A stretch of DNA of 64,000 nucleotides, from positions 13,736 to 77,735 of the forward strand of contig JAHITR010000028.1 of assembly GCA_018817505.1 (NCBI GenBank), in the 5' to 3' direction. Of the stretch, positions 28,846 through 37,437 are shown piece by piece (positions within the stretch are counted from its first letter, which is position 1; the number at the start of each line of letters is the position of its first letter). The position numbers and the translations under genes were made by a program. The notes beneath the pieces were generated by a model that saw only the letters and a program-made list of their open reading frames with translations, made no database searches and was not told the origin of the DNA. The DNA is from Candidatus Bipolaricaulota bacterium (GTDB taxonomy: Bacteria > Bipolaricaulota > Bipolaricaulia > UBA7950 > UBA9294).

Positions 28846-29880
28846 TTACCCCATAATCAGGGCCATCATGCCCTTCTGCGCATGCAGACGGTTGGCGGCC
28901 TCTTCGATAATGACCGAGCTAGGGCCGTCAATGACTTCGTCAGTCACTTCCATATCCCGATCTGCTGGCAAACAATGCATGTAGATGGCGTCATTGGTGA
29001 GCTCCATCTTGTCCTGGGTGCAGATCCAATCCTTGTTCGCCTCAAAGATTTCCTTCGCAGCAGCCTCATCCCATGCGCGACCATCCGTTGCCTGCACAGT
29101 CCAAGCCTTGGGGTAGACAACGACGGCGTCCTTGAATGAGTCATCCATGTCGTGGGAGATCTGGAATGCACCACCATTCTTCTTGGCCAGATCCTTGGTT
29201 GCCTGCAGAATGCGGGGATCAAGATCCAATCCCTTGGGATGAGCCAACGTGACGTCCATGCCCATCATGGCCGCTGAGATGATGGCCGACTGAGGAACAG
29301 CCAGCGGTTTGGCTACTGACCCGGAATAGGCCCAGGACATCACGAATTTCTTGCCCTGCAGGTTGTTGCTGAGCTTCTCCTGCATGGTCATGACGTCTGC
29401 CAATGCCTGGCATGGATGGTAGATGTCGTCTTCCATGTTAATCACGGGGATCTTGGACCATTTGGCAAATTCACGCACAATGCGGTCGCCTTTTCCATAT
29501 TCCCAACCCGTCGGCTTTCCGTAGATGCGGATGGCAATCGCGTCACCCATTTCAGCCAATACTCGTGCAACGTCAGAGATGCGCTCTGTGGAGTAGGCCA
29601 CTTCATCGCCTTTGAGAGCTGGCGTGTAAACGGCACCCGGCTGAAGGAAGTGAGCGTGTCCGCCCATCTGCGTCATGCCAGCCTCGAACGAGTTACGTGT
29701 TCGAAGCGAGGAATTGTAGAACATCATGTGTAGCGTTTGCCCATCGAGCACTTTGTGCGGTTCGCGACGGATGAACTTCCTCTTCAGGTCGTGAGCTGTA
29801 TCAAGCATCGCCTCGATTTCGTCGCGGGAGAAGTCAAGCCACGTAATGAAATCGCGGCCACGAAGTGTTGTACTAGACAT
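28846..29880 (-). CDS. YgeW-like knotted carbamoyltransferase, paralog A
   Basis: AGGAGG RBS before MSSTTLRG. Motifs SLRTR, HPCQALAD, KKFVMSWAYSGSVAKPLAVPQ, MDVTLAHPKG and KDWICTQDKMELTNDAIYMHCLPAD closely follow the E. coli YgeW pattern as I remember it. Confidence 0.82.
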   Translation of the reverse strand: MSSTTLRGRDFITWLDFSRDEIEAMLDTAHDLKRKFIRREPHKVLDGQTLHMMFYNSSLRTRNSFEAGMTQMGGHAHFLQPGAVYTPALKGDEVAYSTERISDVARVLAEMGDAIAIRIYGKPTGWEYGKGDRIVREFAKWSKIPVINMEDDIYHPCQALADVMTMQEKLSNNLQGKKFVMSWAYSGSVAKPLAVPQSAIISAAMMGMDVTLAHPKGLDLDPRILQATKDLAKKNGGAFQISHDMDDSFKDAVVVYPKAWTVQATDGRAWDEAAAKEIFEANKDWICTQDKMELTNDAIYMHCLPADRDMEVTDEVIDGPSSVIIEEAANRLHAQKGMMALIMG

Positions 29881-29897
29881 AGAAATGCCTCCTAAAC

Positions 29898-30854
29898 CTA
29901 ATTCTTGGTAATCGTTGTTCCGGCGTTGCCTTCCAGGGCAGCAACTGCCTGATTGAGAGAGGTGATGATTGCCTTCTCCCCGCCCGCTTCGACAAATCGA
30001 ACGGCCGCTCGAACCTTGGGCTCCATGGAGCCCTTGGCAAAGTGGCCCTCTTCCGCATACTTCTTGGCTTCGGCAACAGTCATCTTCGAGAGGGATTTCT
30101 CGTCCGAAGTCTTGTAATTCAACCGTACACTGTCCACATCCGTGAGAACCATGAAGATCGACGCACCCACGTCGACAGCCAAACGTTCTCCTGCCAGATC
30201 CTTGTCAATGACTGCATCGACGCCAACAAGCTTCCCATCCTCGCGGATGACGGGGATGCCTCCGCCGCCGGAGGCAATGACGATCGCCTTGGCTTCCACG
30301 AGATGTCGGATCGAATCCTTCTCATGAATGGAGATCGGATCTGGCGAAGGCACAACTCGGCGCCAGCCACGGCCCGCGTCCTCACGAACGTTGTAGCCCT
30401 TATCCGATTCCAGGGCCTTGGCTTCGGCTTCAGAATAGAAGGGGCCTACGGGCTTGGTTGGATTGGAGAATGCCGGATCCTGCTTGTCTACGACAACCTG
30501 GGTCACGATGGTAGCGACAGGTATGTCGCCTCGACCCTGCTCTGCAAGCAGATTGCCCAGGTTCTGTTGAATCATGAGGCCGATGAACCCCTGCGATTCG
30601 GCCCCCAAAGCAAACAAAGGCATCGGTGCAGCGACCTCTTTGCCCGCTTCGTTTTGAAGCAGCAGGTTGCCCACCTGAGGTCCGTTGCCATGGGTGACCA
30701 CAACACGATACTTGCCGGACTCCACCATGTGTGCCAACTGCACGCACGTAACATGCACATTGGCCATCTGTTCTTCGTATGTGCCCTTCTGTCCCGGTTG
30801 AAGAATCGCATTGCCACCGAGAGCGACTACTACTGTCTTCTTTCCACCATCCAT
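29898..30854 (-). CDS. arcC: carbamate kinase
   Basis: TVVVALGGNA N-terminus and GGGGIPV motif of the amino-acid-kinase family; 318 aa. Confidence 0.9.
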   Translation of the reverse strand: MDGGKKTVVVALGGNAILQPGQKGTYEEQMANVHVTCVQLAHMVESGKYRVVVTHGNGPQVGNLLLQNEAGKEVAAPMPLFALGAESQGFIGLMIQQNLGNLLAEQGRGDIPVATIVTQVVVDKQDPAFSNPTKPVGPFYSEAEAKALESDKGYNVREDAGRGWRRVVPSPDPISIHEKDSIRHLVEAKAIVIASGGGGIPVIREDGKLVGVDAVIDKDLAGERLAVDVGASIFMVLTDVDSVRLNYKTSDEKSLSKMTVAEAKKYAEEGHFAKGSMEPKVRAAVRFVEAGGEKAIITSLNQAVAALEGNAGTTITKN

Positions 30855-30990
30855 TGGATCACCTTTTCGTACTTCAGTTTTTTAATCTATTCGTTCAGAT
30901 TCGCCACAGCAGATCGGTCTACATGCAACGTCACGATCACCCTCGTCACAGAGGATTTTCGCTCACTGATGGTCAAGAGCAACGCCTGCG

Positions 30991-31698
30991 TCATGCCTCC
31001 CAGATCTCTCGCATGCGATCCCAATGCTCGACCGTCTTGGCAAAGGCCGTATCGGCATCGCGTACCACAATGGCACCAAGTATCTCTTGATGAAGATCCA
31101 CCACATGCTGAATGTCATCCACATTCTTCAGGTAGTAATGCCTGGTGAATTCCCGATACACAAGCTGATCCATGGTGTCCAACAAGGGCGTTAGCGCAGC
31201 AGTAATCAGCGCGTTTCCTACGGCATCGGCCAATTCAGTATGGAATCGTTTGTCCGCATCGAAATAGGCATCAAAGTCGTCTTTGGCTGCATTTTCGCGC
31301 ATATCCTCGATGGACTTGCGCAACCGTGCTACCACTGCGCCCGATGCCTTGGACGCAACCAGAGCCGCAATGGGCGGTTCCAGTACGCCCCGTGCTTCCA
31401 TCACTTCGAGACATCCCATTTCGGATTCAATCAGATGGACTGCGGCAGTTTCATCGGAGGAACTGGGCTTACGCATGACGTAGTTGCCGCTTCCCGGACG
31501 GGATTCAATAATCGACATCGCTTGCAGCGCAGACAATGCTTCCCGGATGGATGGCCGACTCACACCCATCAATTCAGCCAGCTCGAATTCTGAGGGCAGT
31601 TTGCTGCTCACTGGATAATCGCCACGTTGAATCGCATCCACGATCTGCTCAGCAGCAATGGCGCTTACCTTGCGAGGTCGAACCTTCTTGAAAGACAT
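30991..31698 (-). CDS. GntR-family transcriptional regulator (FadR/FCD subfamily)
   Basis: N-terminal wHTH (LPSEFELAELMGVSRPSIREAL) and a C-terminal all-helical FCD-like domain. AGGAGG RBS. Confidence 0.85.
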   Translation of the reverse strand: MSFKKVRPRKVSAIAAEQIVDAIQRGDYPVSSKLPSEFELAELMGVSRPSIREALSALQAMSIIESRPGSGNYVMRKPSSSDETAAVHLIESEMGCLEVMEARGVLEPPIAALVASKASGAVVARLRKSIEDMRENAAKDDFDAYFDADKRFHTELADAVGNALITAALTPLLDTMDQLVYREFTRHYYLKNVDDIQHVVDLHQEILGAIVVRDADTAFAKTVEHWDRMREIWEA

Positions 31699-31775
31699 CC
31701 AGCCTCCTGATGGTATTCCTGTCCCTTGACGTCAACCTGTATGATAGCCTGACGGGTTTGCATCCGCAAAAAACG

Positions 31776-33134
31776 CTAAGGGAGGGCACGGAACAGGAAC
31801 TTCCCGCGACCTTCTTCAGCAAGCAATTCTCCATCCTGAACGATGATCTCGCCTCGAGAGATTGTCGATACGGCCTTGCCTGTCATCTCCCATCCTTCGT
31901 ACGGAGAGAAATCGGTTCTCATGTGCAGGAATGTCGCTTCAATCTCCCACTCCAGAGCCGGATCAAAGATCACCAAGTCCGCGTCCATGCCAATCTCAAT
32001 CGATCCTTTGTGACCATCTAGTCCGTAGATCTGAGCCGGCCCTTCGCTGAGAAGGCGAGGAATGTCCGTCACAGACAGCAATCCCTTCCCCACTCCCTCG
32101 GAGTAGAGAATCGGAAGAAGCGTCTCCACTCCAGGAAGACCATACGGAAGATCCACGAACGACCCTCGCCAGGTCTTTTGCTCGCGCGTAAACGGACAGT
32201 GGTCCGTGGCGACAAAGTCGATCACCCGATTCCTCAATCCGTTCCACAGCATCGTTTGATCCCCCAACGTGCGGAGCGCTGGGCTGGCAGAGAAGAGGTG
32301 TCCATCCATGCGCTCATAGGAATCGGCGCCCAGAACAAGATACTGCGGGCACGTCTCAGCAGTCATCGCTGCTCCTGACTTGCGCGCCTCTTGAACAGCC
32401 ATGATCCCCTTGGCAGAAGAGACGTGCACAATGTGAGTACGACAGCCTGTCTCAGCGGCCGCACGCCCGACCTGTGAGATCGCTGTCGATTCACAGAGTG
32501 CTGGACGCGCCCGCGCCAGGATGGACATGTCCGTCATCTGTTCGGGAGAAAGCGACTCCATGATCGAACGGATCAGATCTTCATCCTCACAATGAACGAG
32601 TGCCACGCAATCCAAGTCCGCCAAATGTTCGAACGCCCGCCGCATAATGGCAGGCGTCGTGCGCCGCCCTGACGACTCATAGGCCGTATAAAACTTGAAG
32701 CTCGTCACTCCGCGTCGCCGAGCTTCTGCAAACTCGCCCGATTCTTCGGGCTTCCACCCAACCACTTCTGCATGCAAGCCCACATCGATAATCGCGGGCT
32801 GGATATTCTCCATCCGTCGATCGATGTCCAGGGGAATCGAAGAACGCAAGGACCCCACCGTAAAGTCAAGAATGCTTGTCACTCCGCCAAACGCGGCAGC
32901 CACAGTCCCCGTGTAGAAATCGTCTGAGGATCGAGTCCCTGCGACGGGGAGATCCATGTGCGTGTGAGCATCGATGACTCCAGGGAACACCAACATTCCG
33001 TCTGCGTCAAGCACACGATGGCCAGACAATGCTGTTCCGAGAGCGGAAATGGTCTCTCCGTCAATCCCAATGTCCAGCTTTTGCGCGGACAGCGGCGTAA
33101 CCACTGTGCCGTTTCGAATGACAAGATCATGCAT
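31776..33134 (-). CDS. cyclic amidohydrolase of the hydantoinase / dihydropyrimidinase / allantoinase family
   Basis: PGVIDAHTHMDLP metal-binding His pair; GTVAAAFGGVTSILDF; a carbamylated-lysine context GVTSFKFYTAY. The start is probably the ATG at 33132-33134 (MHDLVIRNGTVV); the tool start at 33164 is a TTG. Confidence 0.85.
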   Translation of the reverse strand: MHDLVIRNGTVVTPLSAQKLDIGIDGETISALGTALSGHRVLDADGMLVFPGVIDAHTHMDLPVAGTRSSDDFYTGTVAAAFGGVTSILDFTVGSLRSSIPLDIDRRMENIQPAIIDVGLHAEVVGWKPEESGEFAEARRRGVTSFKFYTAYESSGRRTTPAIMRRAFEHLADLDCVALVHCEDEDLIRSIMESLSPEQMTDMSILARARPALCESTAISQVGRAAAETGCRTHIVHVSSAKGIMAVQEARKSGAAMTAETCPQYLVLGADSYERMDGHLFSASPALRTLGDQTMLWNGLRNRVIDFVATDHCPFTREQKTWRGSFVDLPYGLPGVETLLPILYSEGVGKGLLSVTDIPRLLSEGPAQIYGLDGHKGSIEIGMDADLVIFDPALEWEIEATFLHMRTDFSPYEGWEMTGKAVSTISRGEIIVQDGELLAEEGRGKFLFRALP

Positions 33135-33234
33135 AGGATGTCTCGATACCCTTTCAAGATGCAACTTGGAAAGTTGCCAAGCTGCATGATAGCATTACAG
33201 CTACAACTCCACAATCAAATCGAGGTAAAACGCC

Positions 33235-34704
33235 ATGATTGACCTGACGATACACGAAGGCAAGCTTCAGAATACCGTGCGCCGTGCGCGCGAGCGCGGT
33301 ATTGTTATTCCTACGTTCGAGCAGATGAAGAACCCGTCGCTCATTCCCGCAACCGTCAAGGCTGGATTGAAAGCCCACGGCTTGTGGGACCTTCATCCAC
33401 TCAACCTGTATCGCATCACCTGGAAGAACGAGCCCGTTCTTCAAGGCGGCGGCTTTGGCGGCGTCAATTATATCGAATTCCCATCTGCGCTCACGGGCGT
33501 CGACGCTCGCATCATTGCCCTCATCGGCAAGTGGTTCCCAACCGGAGCCCACAAAGTGGGAGCCACATTCGGTTGCCTCGTCCCTCGCTTGGTGACCGGT
33601 CAGTTCGACCCAACGTTCCACAAGGCCGTGTGGCCATCCACAGGAAATTTCTGCCGCGGCGGCGCCTACAACTCGGCACTGCTCGGCTGTGACTCCATTG
33701 CCATCTTGCCCGAGGAGATGTCCAAGGAACGATTTGCATGGTTGTCCAAGGTAGCTGGAGAGGTCATCGCTACACCGGGTTGCGAATCGAATGTTTGGGA
33801 GATTTTTCAGAAGTGCAAAGAGCTGCAAGCGACGCGGGACAACGTCATGATCTTCGACCAATTTGAGGAATTCGGAAACCATCTCTGGCACTACGACGTC
33901 ACTGGACATGCCATGCAAGACGTGCTGAACATCGAGCTCAAGGGCGGCCGATATGCTGGTGTCGTCTTGACCTCAGGATCAGGCGGCACCATGGGCTGTG
34001 GCGATTATCTGAAAGAACAGTATCCCGGCTCCAAGCTCATTGCCTCAGAGGCTCTTCAGTGCCCGACGATGCTTGAGAATGGGTTCGGCGGCCATCGCAT
34101 CGAAGGCATCGGCGACAAGCACATCCCATGGATTCACAACGTTCGGAATACAGACTTCGCGGTCGCCATTGATGACGAGGATCCCATGCACTTGATTCGG
34201 TTGTTCAATGAACCTGAGGGCAAGAAACATCTGCAATCGCTGGGGCTGTCGCCTGCATACGTGGAAGCGCTGGAACAGCTAGGCATCTCTGGCGTGGCCA
34301 ACGTGCTGGCTTCCATCAAATTCGCCAAGTACAACGAGTTGACGAGTTCCGACGTTGTACTCACGGTATTGACCGATTCCATGGAAATGTATGGTACGCG
34401 TCTTCAAGAACTGAATGAGTCCCTGGGGCCCTATACCACGAATCAGGCTGCCATCGATCACAGTCGACACATGCTGGGTCAGAAGACTGACTCCATGCAG
34501 GAATTAGGCTATCGTGATCGAAAGCGCATCCACAACCTGAAGTACTTCACATGGATCGAGCAGATGGGCCGGAGTGTCGCTGAACTCGATCGGCAATGGT
34601 ACGACTACGACGCCTACTGGGGGGGCATTCACAGCATGGTGCCCGCTATTGACAAGTTGATCGTGGAATTCAACGAAGCCGTCGGCCTGGAAGCCAAGCG
34701 CTAA
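33235..34704 (+). CDS. fold-type II (tryptophan-synthase-beta / cysteine-synthase-like) PLP-dependent enzyme, subfamily unknown
   Basis: Candidate PLP-lysine in FPTGAHKVGA. Downstream WPSTGNFCRGGA and LPEEMSKERFAWLSKVAGEV align by eye to the cysteine-synthase core. Long N-terminal extension (about 110 aa); 489 aa total. Confidence 0.7.
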   Translation: MIDLTIHEGKLQNTVRRARERGIVIPTFEQMKNPSLIPATVKAGLKAHGLWDLHPLNLYRITWKNEPVLQGGGFGGVNYIEFPSALTGVDARIIALIGKWFPTGAHKVGATFGCLVPRLVTGQFDPTFHKAVWPSTGNFCRGGAYNSALLGCDSIAILPEEMSKERFAWLSKVAGEVIATPGCESNVWEIFQKCKELQATRDNVMIFDQFEEFGNHLWHYDVTGHAMQDVLNIELKGGRYAGVVLTSGSGGTMGCGDYLKEQYPGSKLIASEALQCPTMLENGFGGHRIEGIGDKHIPWIHNVRNTDFAVAIDDEDPMHLIRLFNEPEGKKHLQSLGLSPAYVEALEQLGISGVANVLASIKFAKYNELTSSDVVLTVLTDSMEMYGTRLQELNESLGPYTTNQAAIDHSRHMLGQKTDSMQELGYRDRKRIHNLKYFTWIEQMGRSVAELDRQWYDYDAYWGGIHSMVPAIDKLIVEFNEAVGLEAKR

Positions 34705-34705
34705 A

Positions 34706-35692
34706 ATGGAACCCGTCTTTGGATCTCCACTCGCGCCGGTCGTTGAACTCATCCGTGCGCAAATGGAGAAACAGAGAAAGAAACAGCCTATCTTGCTCGT
34801 TGGCGGCATCGGATCGGGCAAGACGGCAGCCGGCCTCCGACTTTTGTCCCTGCTTCGCAGCTACGGGATTCAAGTCGGAGGCATTCTTGCTCCCCGCATT
34901 CTCAAGGGAGAGGAGACGATCGGATATTCGATCATCGACCTTGCCACCAATGCGACCCATCCCTTTGCTGGCTTGGAGCCATCGGATGTGCAAATCGGCA
35001 AGTACTACCTGTCCCAAGCCGGATTGGATCTGGCTGAACGAACGATCCGCAACGCCCTCAATGAACGGCCAGTCGTGTTCATCGACGAGGTGGGCCGATT
35101 AGAGCTTGAGGGCGGCGGACACGCACAGGCTATTCGCCAGCTGCTGAAATCCAACAGCGTGCCTGTGCTTCTGGTTCGTGATACGCTTGTTGAACAGGCC
35201 ATTCGCACGTTCGACATTACGAGTCCTTTCATCTTCCACGCTTCTGAAATGCAAGACACCGAAGAAATGGCACCCGGTGGCGCGCAGACGTTTTGGCAGA
35301 TCGTTGATTCCATCCCCTATCCCTTGCTTGTCACCATTAGCTCTCTCGATGGATTTCCTCAGTCACGCCCAATGCACTTGATCGATCACGATGCTCGGAC
35401 GGTATGGTTCGCCACATCCAGAGCATCGAACAAGATCAAGCAGATCGAGGGCAATTCACACGTGACCGTTTTGTTTGTCGATTCGGCCCGCTACAACTAC
35501 GCCGCGTTCCATGGCCATGCCCGTATCGTCGATGACGCCGATCGTGAACGAACGCTTTGGCGCAACGAGTGGGAGGAGGATTGGCCGGAAGGCCCTTCGG
35601 ATCCTGATTATGTTCTCATCCGCATCGACGGCATCCGAGGCCACTTTCTGCGTGGAGCTACGGGTGAGTCTGGTGAAGTCGAATTGGGCTAG
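34706..35692 (+). CDS. fusion protein: N-terminal P-loop NTPase (THEP1/DUF2478-like) and C-terminal pyridoxamine-5'-phosphate-oxidase-like FMN-binding split-barrel
   Basis: Walker A LLVGGIGSGKTAAG and Walker B VVFIDEVGRLE in the first 180 aa. The C-terminus (LLVTISSLDGFPQSRPMHLIDHDARTVWFATSRASNKIKQIEGNSHVTVLF) resembles the PNPOx / general-stress-protein-26 fold. Start is 2 nt after the PLP gene stop. Confidence 0.6.
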   Translation: MEPVFGSPLAPVVELIRAQMEKQRKKQPILLVGGIGSGKTAAGLRLLSLLRSYGIQVGGILAPRILKGEETIGYSIIDLATNATHPFAGLEPSDVQIGKYYLSQAGLDLAERTIRNALNERPVVFIDEVGRLELEGGGHAQAIRQLLKSNSVPVLLVRDTLVEQAIRTFDITSPFIFHASEMQDTEEMAPGGAQTFWQIVDSIPYPLLVTISSLDGFPQSRPMHLIDHDARTVWFATSRASNKIKQIEGNSHVTVLFVDSARYNYAAFHGHARIVDDADRERTLWRNEWEEDWPEGPSDPDYVLIRIDGIRGHFLRGATGESGEVELG

Positions 35693-35896
35693 ATGATTTC
35701 GATCCCACGTGGAGGGTGATTCGGCCGCTCAGCATGACTGGGATTCCCTGCAAGCGTTCAAGTGCAAAGCGCCCTCTCACTGAAGAATGCGGGACACATC
35801 GCTTTGTGAAACTCCGATGCTCTCGTTTCTGTGCCCTGGACTATTCCTCGTATACTCTGCTGGCTCATTCGTTCGTTCTTTGATTGGAGGGATGTC

Positions 35897-37123
35897 ATGG
35901 AGTGGCTGTATCTGGGGATCGGGCTCATCGTCGGGGCGTTTGTCAGTTGGCTGCTCGTTCGCGCCCGCGCTCAAGAAAAAGTGACGACACTGCGTGTCAG
36001 TGCGGCCAAATTGGAGGAAGAACTCCGCGCTGAGCGCGATAAGGCCGCATCGACGGACGTCCTCCAGGATCGAATGAAAGCGATGTTTGAGTCTTTGGCC
36101 CATCAAGCCCTGACATCCAACTCTGAGCAGCTTCTAGCACGCTCTCGTGAGCAGCTGGCCGGTCTCCTGCAGCAAGTCCGTGGCGATTGGGGCACACAAA
36201 AGGAGCAACTCAAGGGCTTGGTCGATCCGCTTAGCAAGGCATTAACGACTATGGATGAGCAGGTGCGTGCCATGGAACAGAAGCGCGAGGGAGCCTATCA
36301 GGGGCTTGGCGAGCAACTGCGCAATTTGGGCGATGCACAGATCCAACTTCGACAATCAACGATTCGGTTGGAGCAATCGCTCAAATCATCGACAGCCCGA
36401 GGACGCTGGGGAGAAATGCAACTGCGCCGCGTCGTCGAACTAGCAGGCATGACCAAGCATGTCGATTTCTCGGAGCAGGTATCAGGCGATCAGGGCCGCC
36501 CTGACATGATCGTCCGACTCCCCAATGAAGGCATTCTGCCAATCGACGCCAAGGCTCCGGCTGCCGCCTATCTGGATGCCATGAATCATGAAGGAGAAGC
36601 TCGCGCGCAGAAGCTGATCGAACATGCCAAAGCGATGCGCTCGCGCATTCAGGAACTATCGCGCAAGGCCTACATGGATCAATTCGAGAAGTCACCAGAG
36701 ATTGTCGTCATGTTCGTCCCGTTTGAATCCGCCTTATCAGCAGCATTCGAAAGCGATCCCGGCCTGCTAGAGTATGGCATCCAGCAGCGCATCCTGGTTG
36801 CTTCGCCAGTGACCTTGTTGGCGCTGCTCCGAGCAGCTGCCTTTGGATGGCAGCAATACCATATCGCAGAGCACGCGCAGCTTATCGCCAACCAGGGGCG
36901 CGAACTCTACACGCGATTTCTCAATGTCATCAAACCCATCGGCGATGCCGGAGACAAGCTCGGCAAAGCAGTCGATGCCTATAACAAGGCCATCAGCTCT
37001 ATTGAGACACGCCTCATGCCAGCACTGAGAAATCTCAAAGATTCGACTGCCGTGTCAGAGGAAGTGCCGGTTCTTGAGCCGCTTGAGCAGAACCCGCGAT
37101 TGCCTCTCGACGACGCACGCTAG
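35897..37123 (+). CDS. rmuC: DNA recombination protein RmuC
   Basis: N-terminal TM helix, a long coiled-coil region, and a conserved C-terminal nuclease-like core (IVVMFVPFESALSAAFESDP). Confidence 0.85.
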   Translation: MEWLYLGIGLIVGAFVSWLLVRARAQEKVTTLRVSAAKLEEELRAERDKAASTDVLQDRMKAMFESLAHQALTSNSEQLLARSREQLAGLLQQVRGDWGTQKEQLKGLVDPLSKALTTMDEQVRAMEQKREGAYQGLGEQLRNLGDAQIQLRQSTIRLEQSLKSSTARGRWGEMQLRRVVELAGMTKHVDFSEQVSGDQGRPDMIVRLPNEGILPIDAKAPAAAYLDAMNHEGEARAQKLIEHAKAMRSRIQELSRKAYMDQFEKSPEIVVMFVPFESALSAAFESDPGLLEYGIQQRILVASPVTLLALLRAAAFGWQQYHIAEHAQLIANQGRELYTRFLNVIKPIGDAGDKLGKAVDAYNKAISSIETRLMPALRNLKDSTAVSEEVPVLEPLEQNPRLPLDDAR

Positions 37124-37437
37124 AAATCACACGACAACGTTTGCTGCGGCCACAATCAAGCCGAGGCTCGCGAGTCGCATCTCGTGTGCTTGCCATGGCA
37201 GGAATCGACTTCCTTCTCTCCAAGCTCTAGCTTCTTCAGCGATCCGTTCAAAGCTCAACCAGGGATTGTCACCTCGTCAAGCATGTTCGCCGATTGCTGA
37301 TTGGCGACTGTGATAGTATTCCGTTTCTCCCACGTGCTGACCATCTCAGAGCCAACCGGAAACGCCAATCGCGACCGGTCTCACTGGACAATTCGCAAGG
37401 CCGCGGCTACGCTACTCGGCCTTACGAAGGGGGCATC

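Noticed and set aside
33154-33918. 254-aa ORF on the minus strand overlapping the 5' half of the PLP-enzyme gene
   Set aside because: It lies antisense to an ORF with clear PLP-enzyme motifs, has no RBS or recognisable domain, and high-GC DNA produces long spurious antisense frames.
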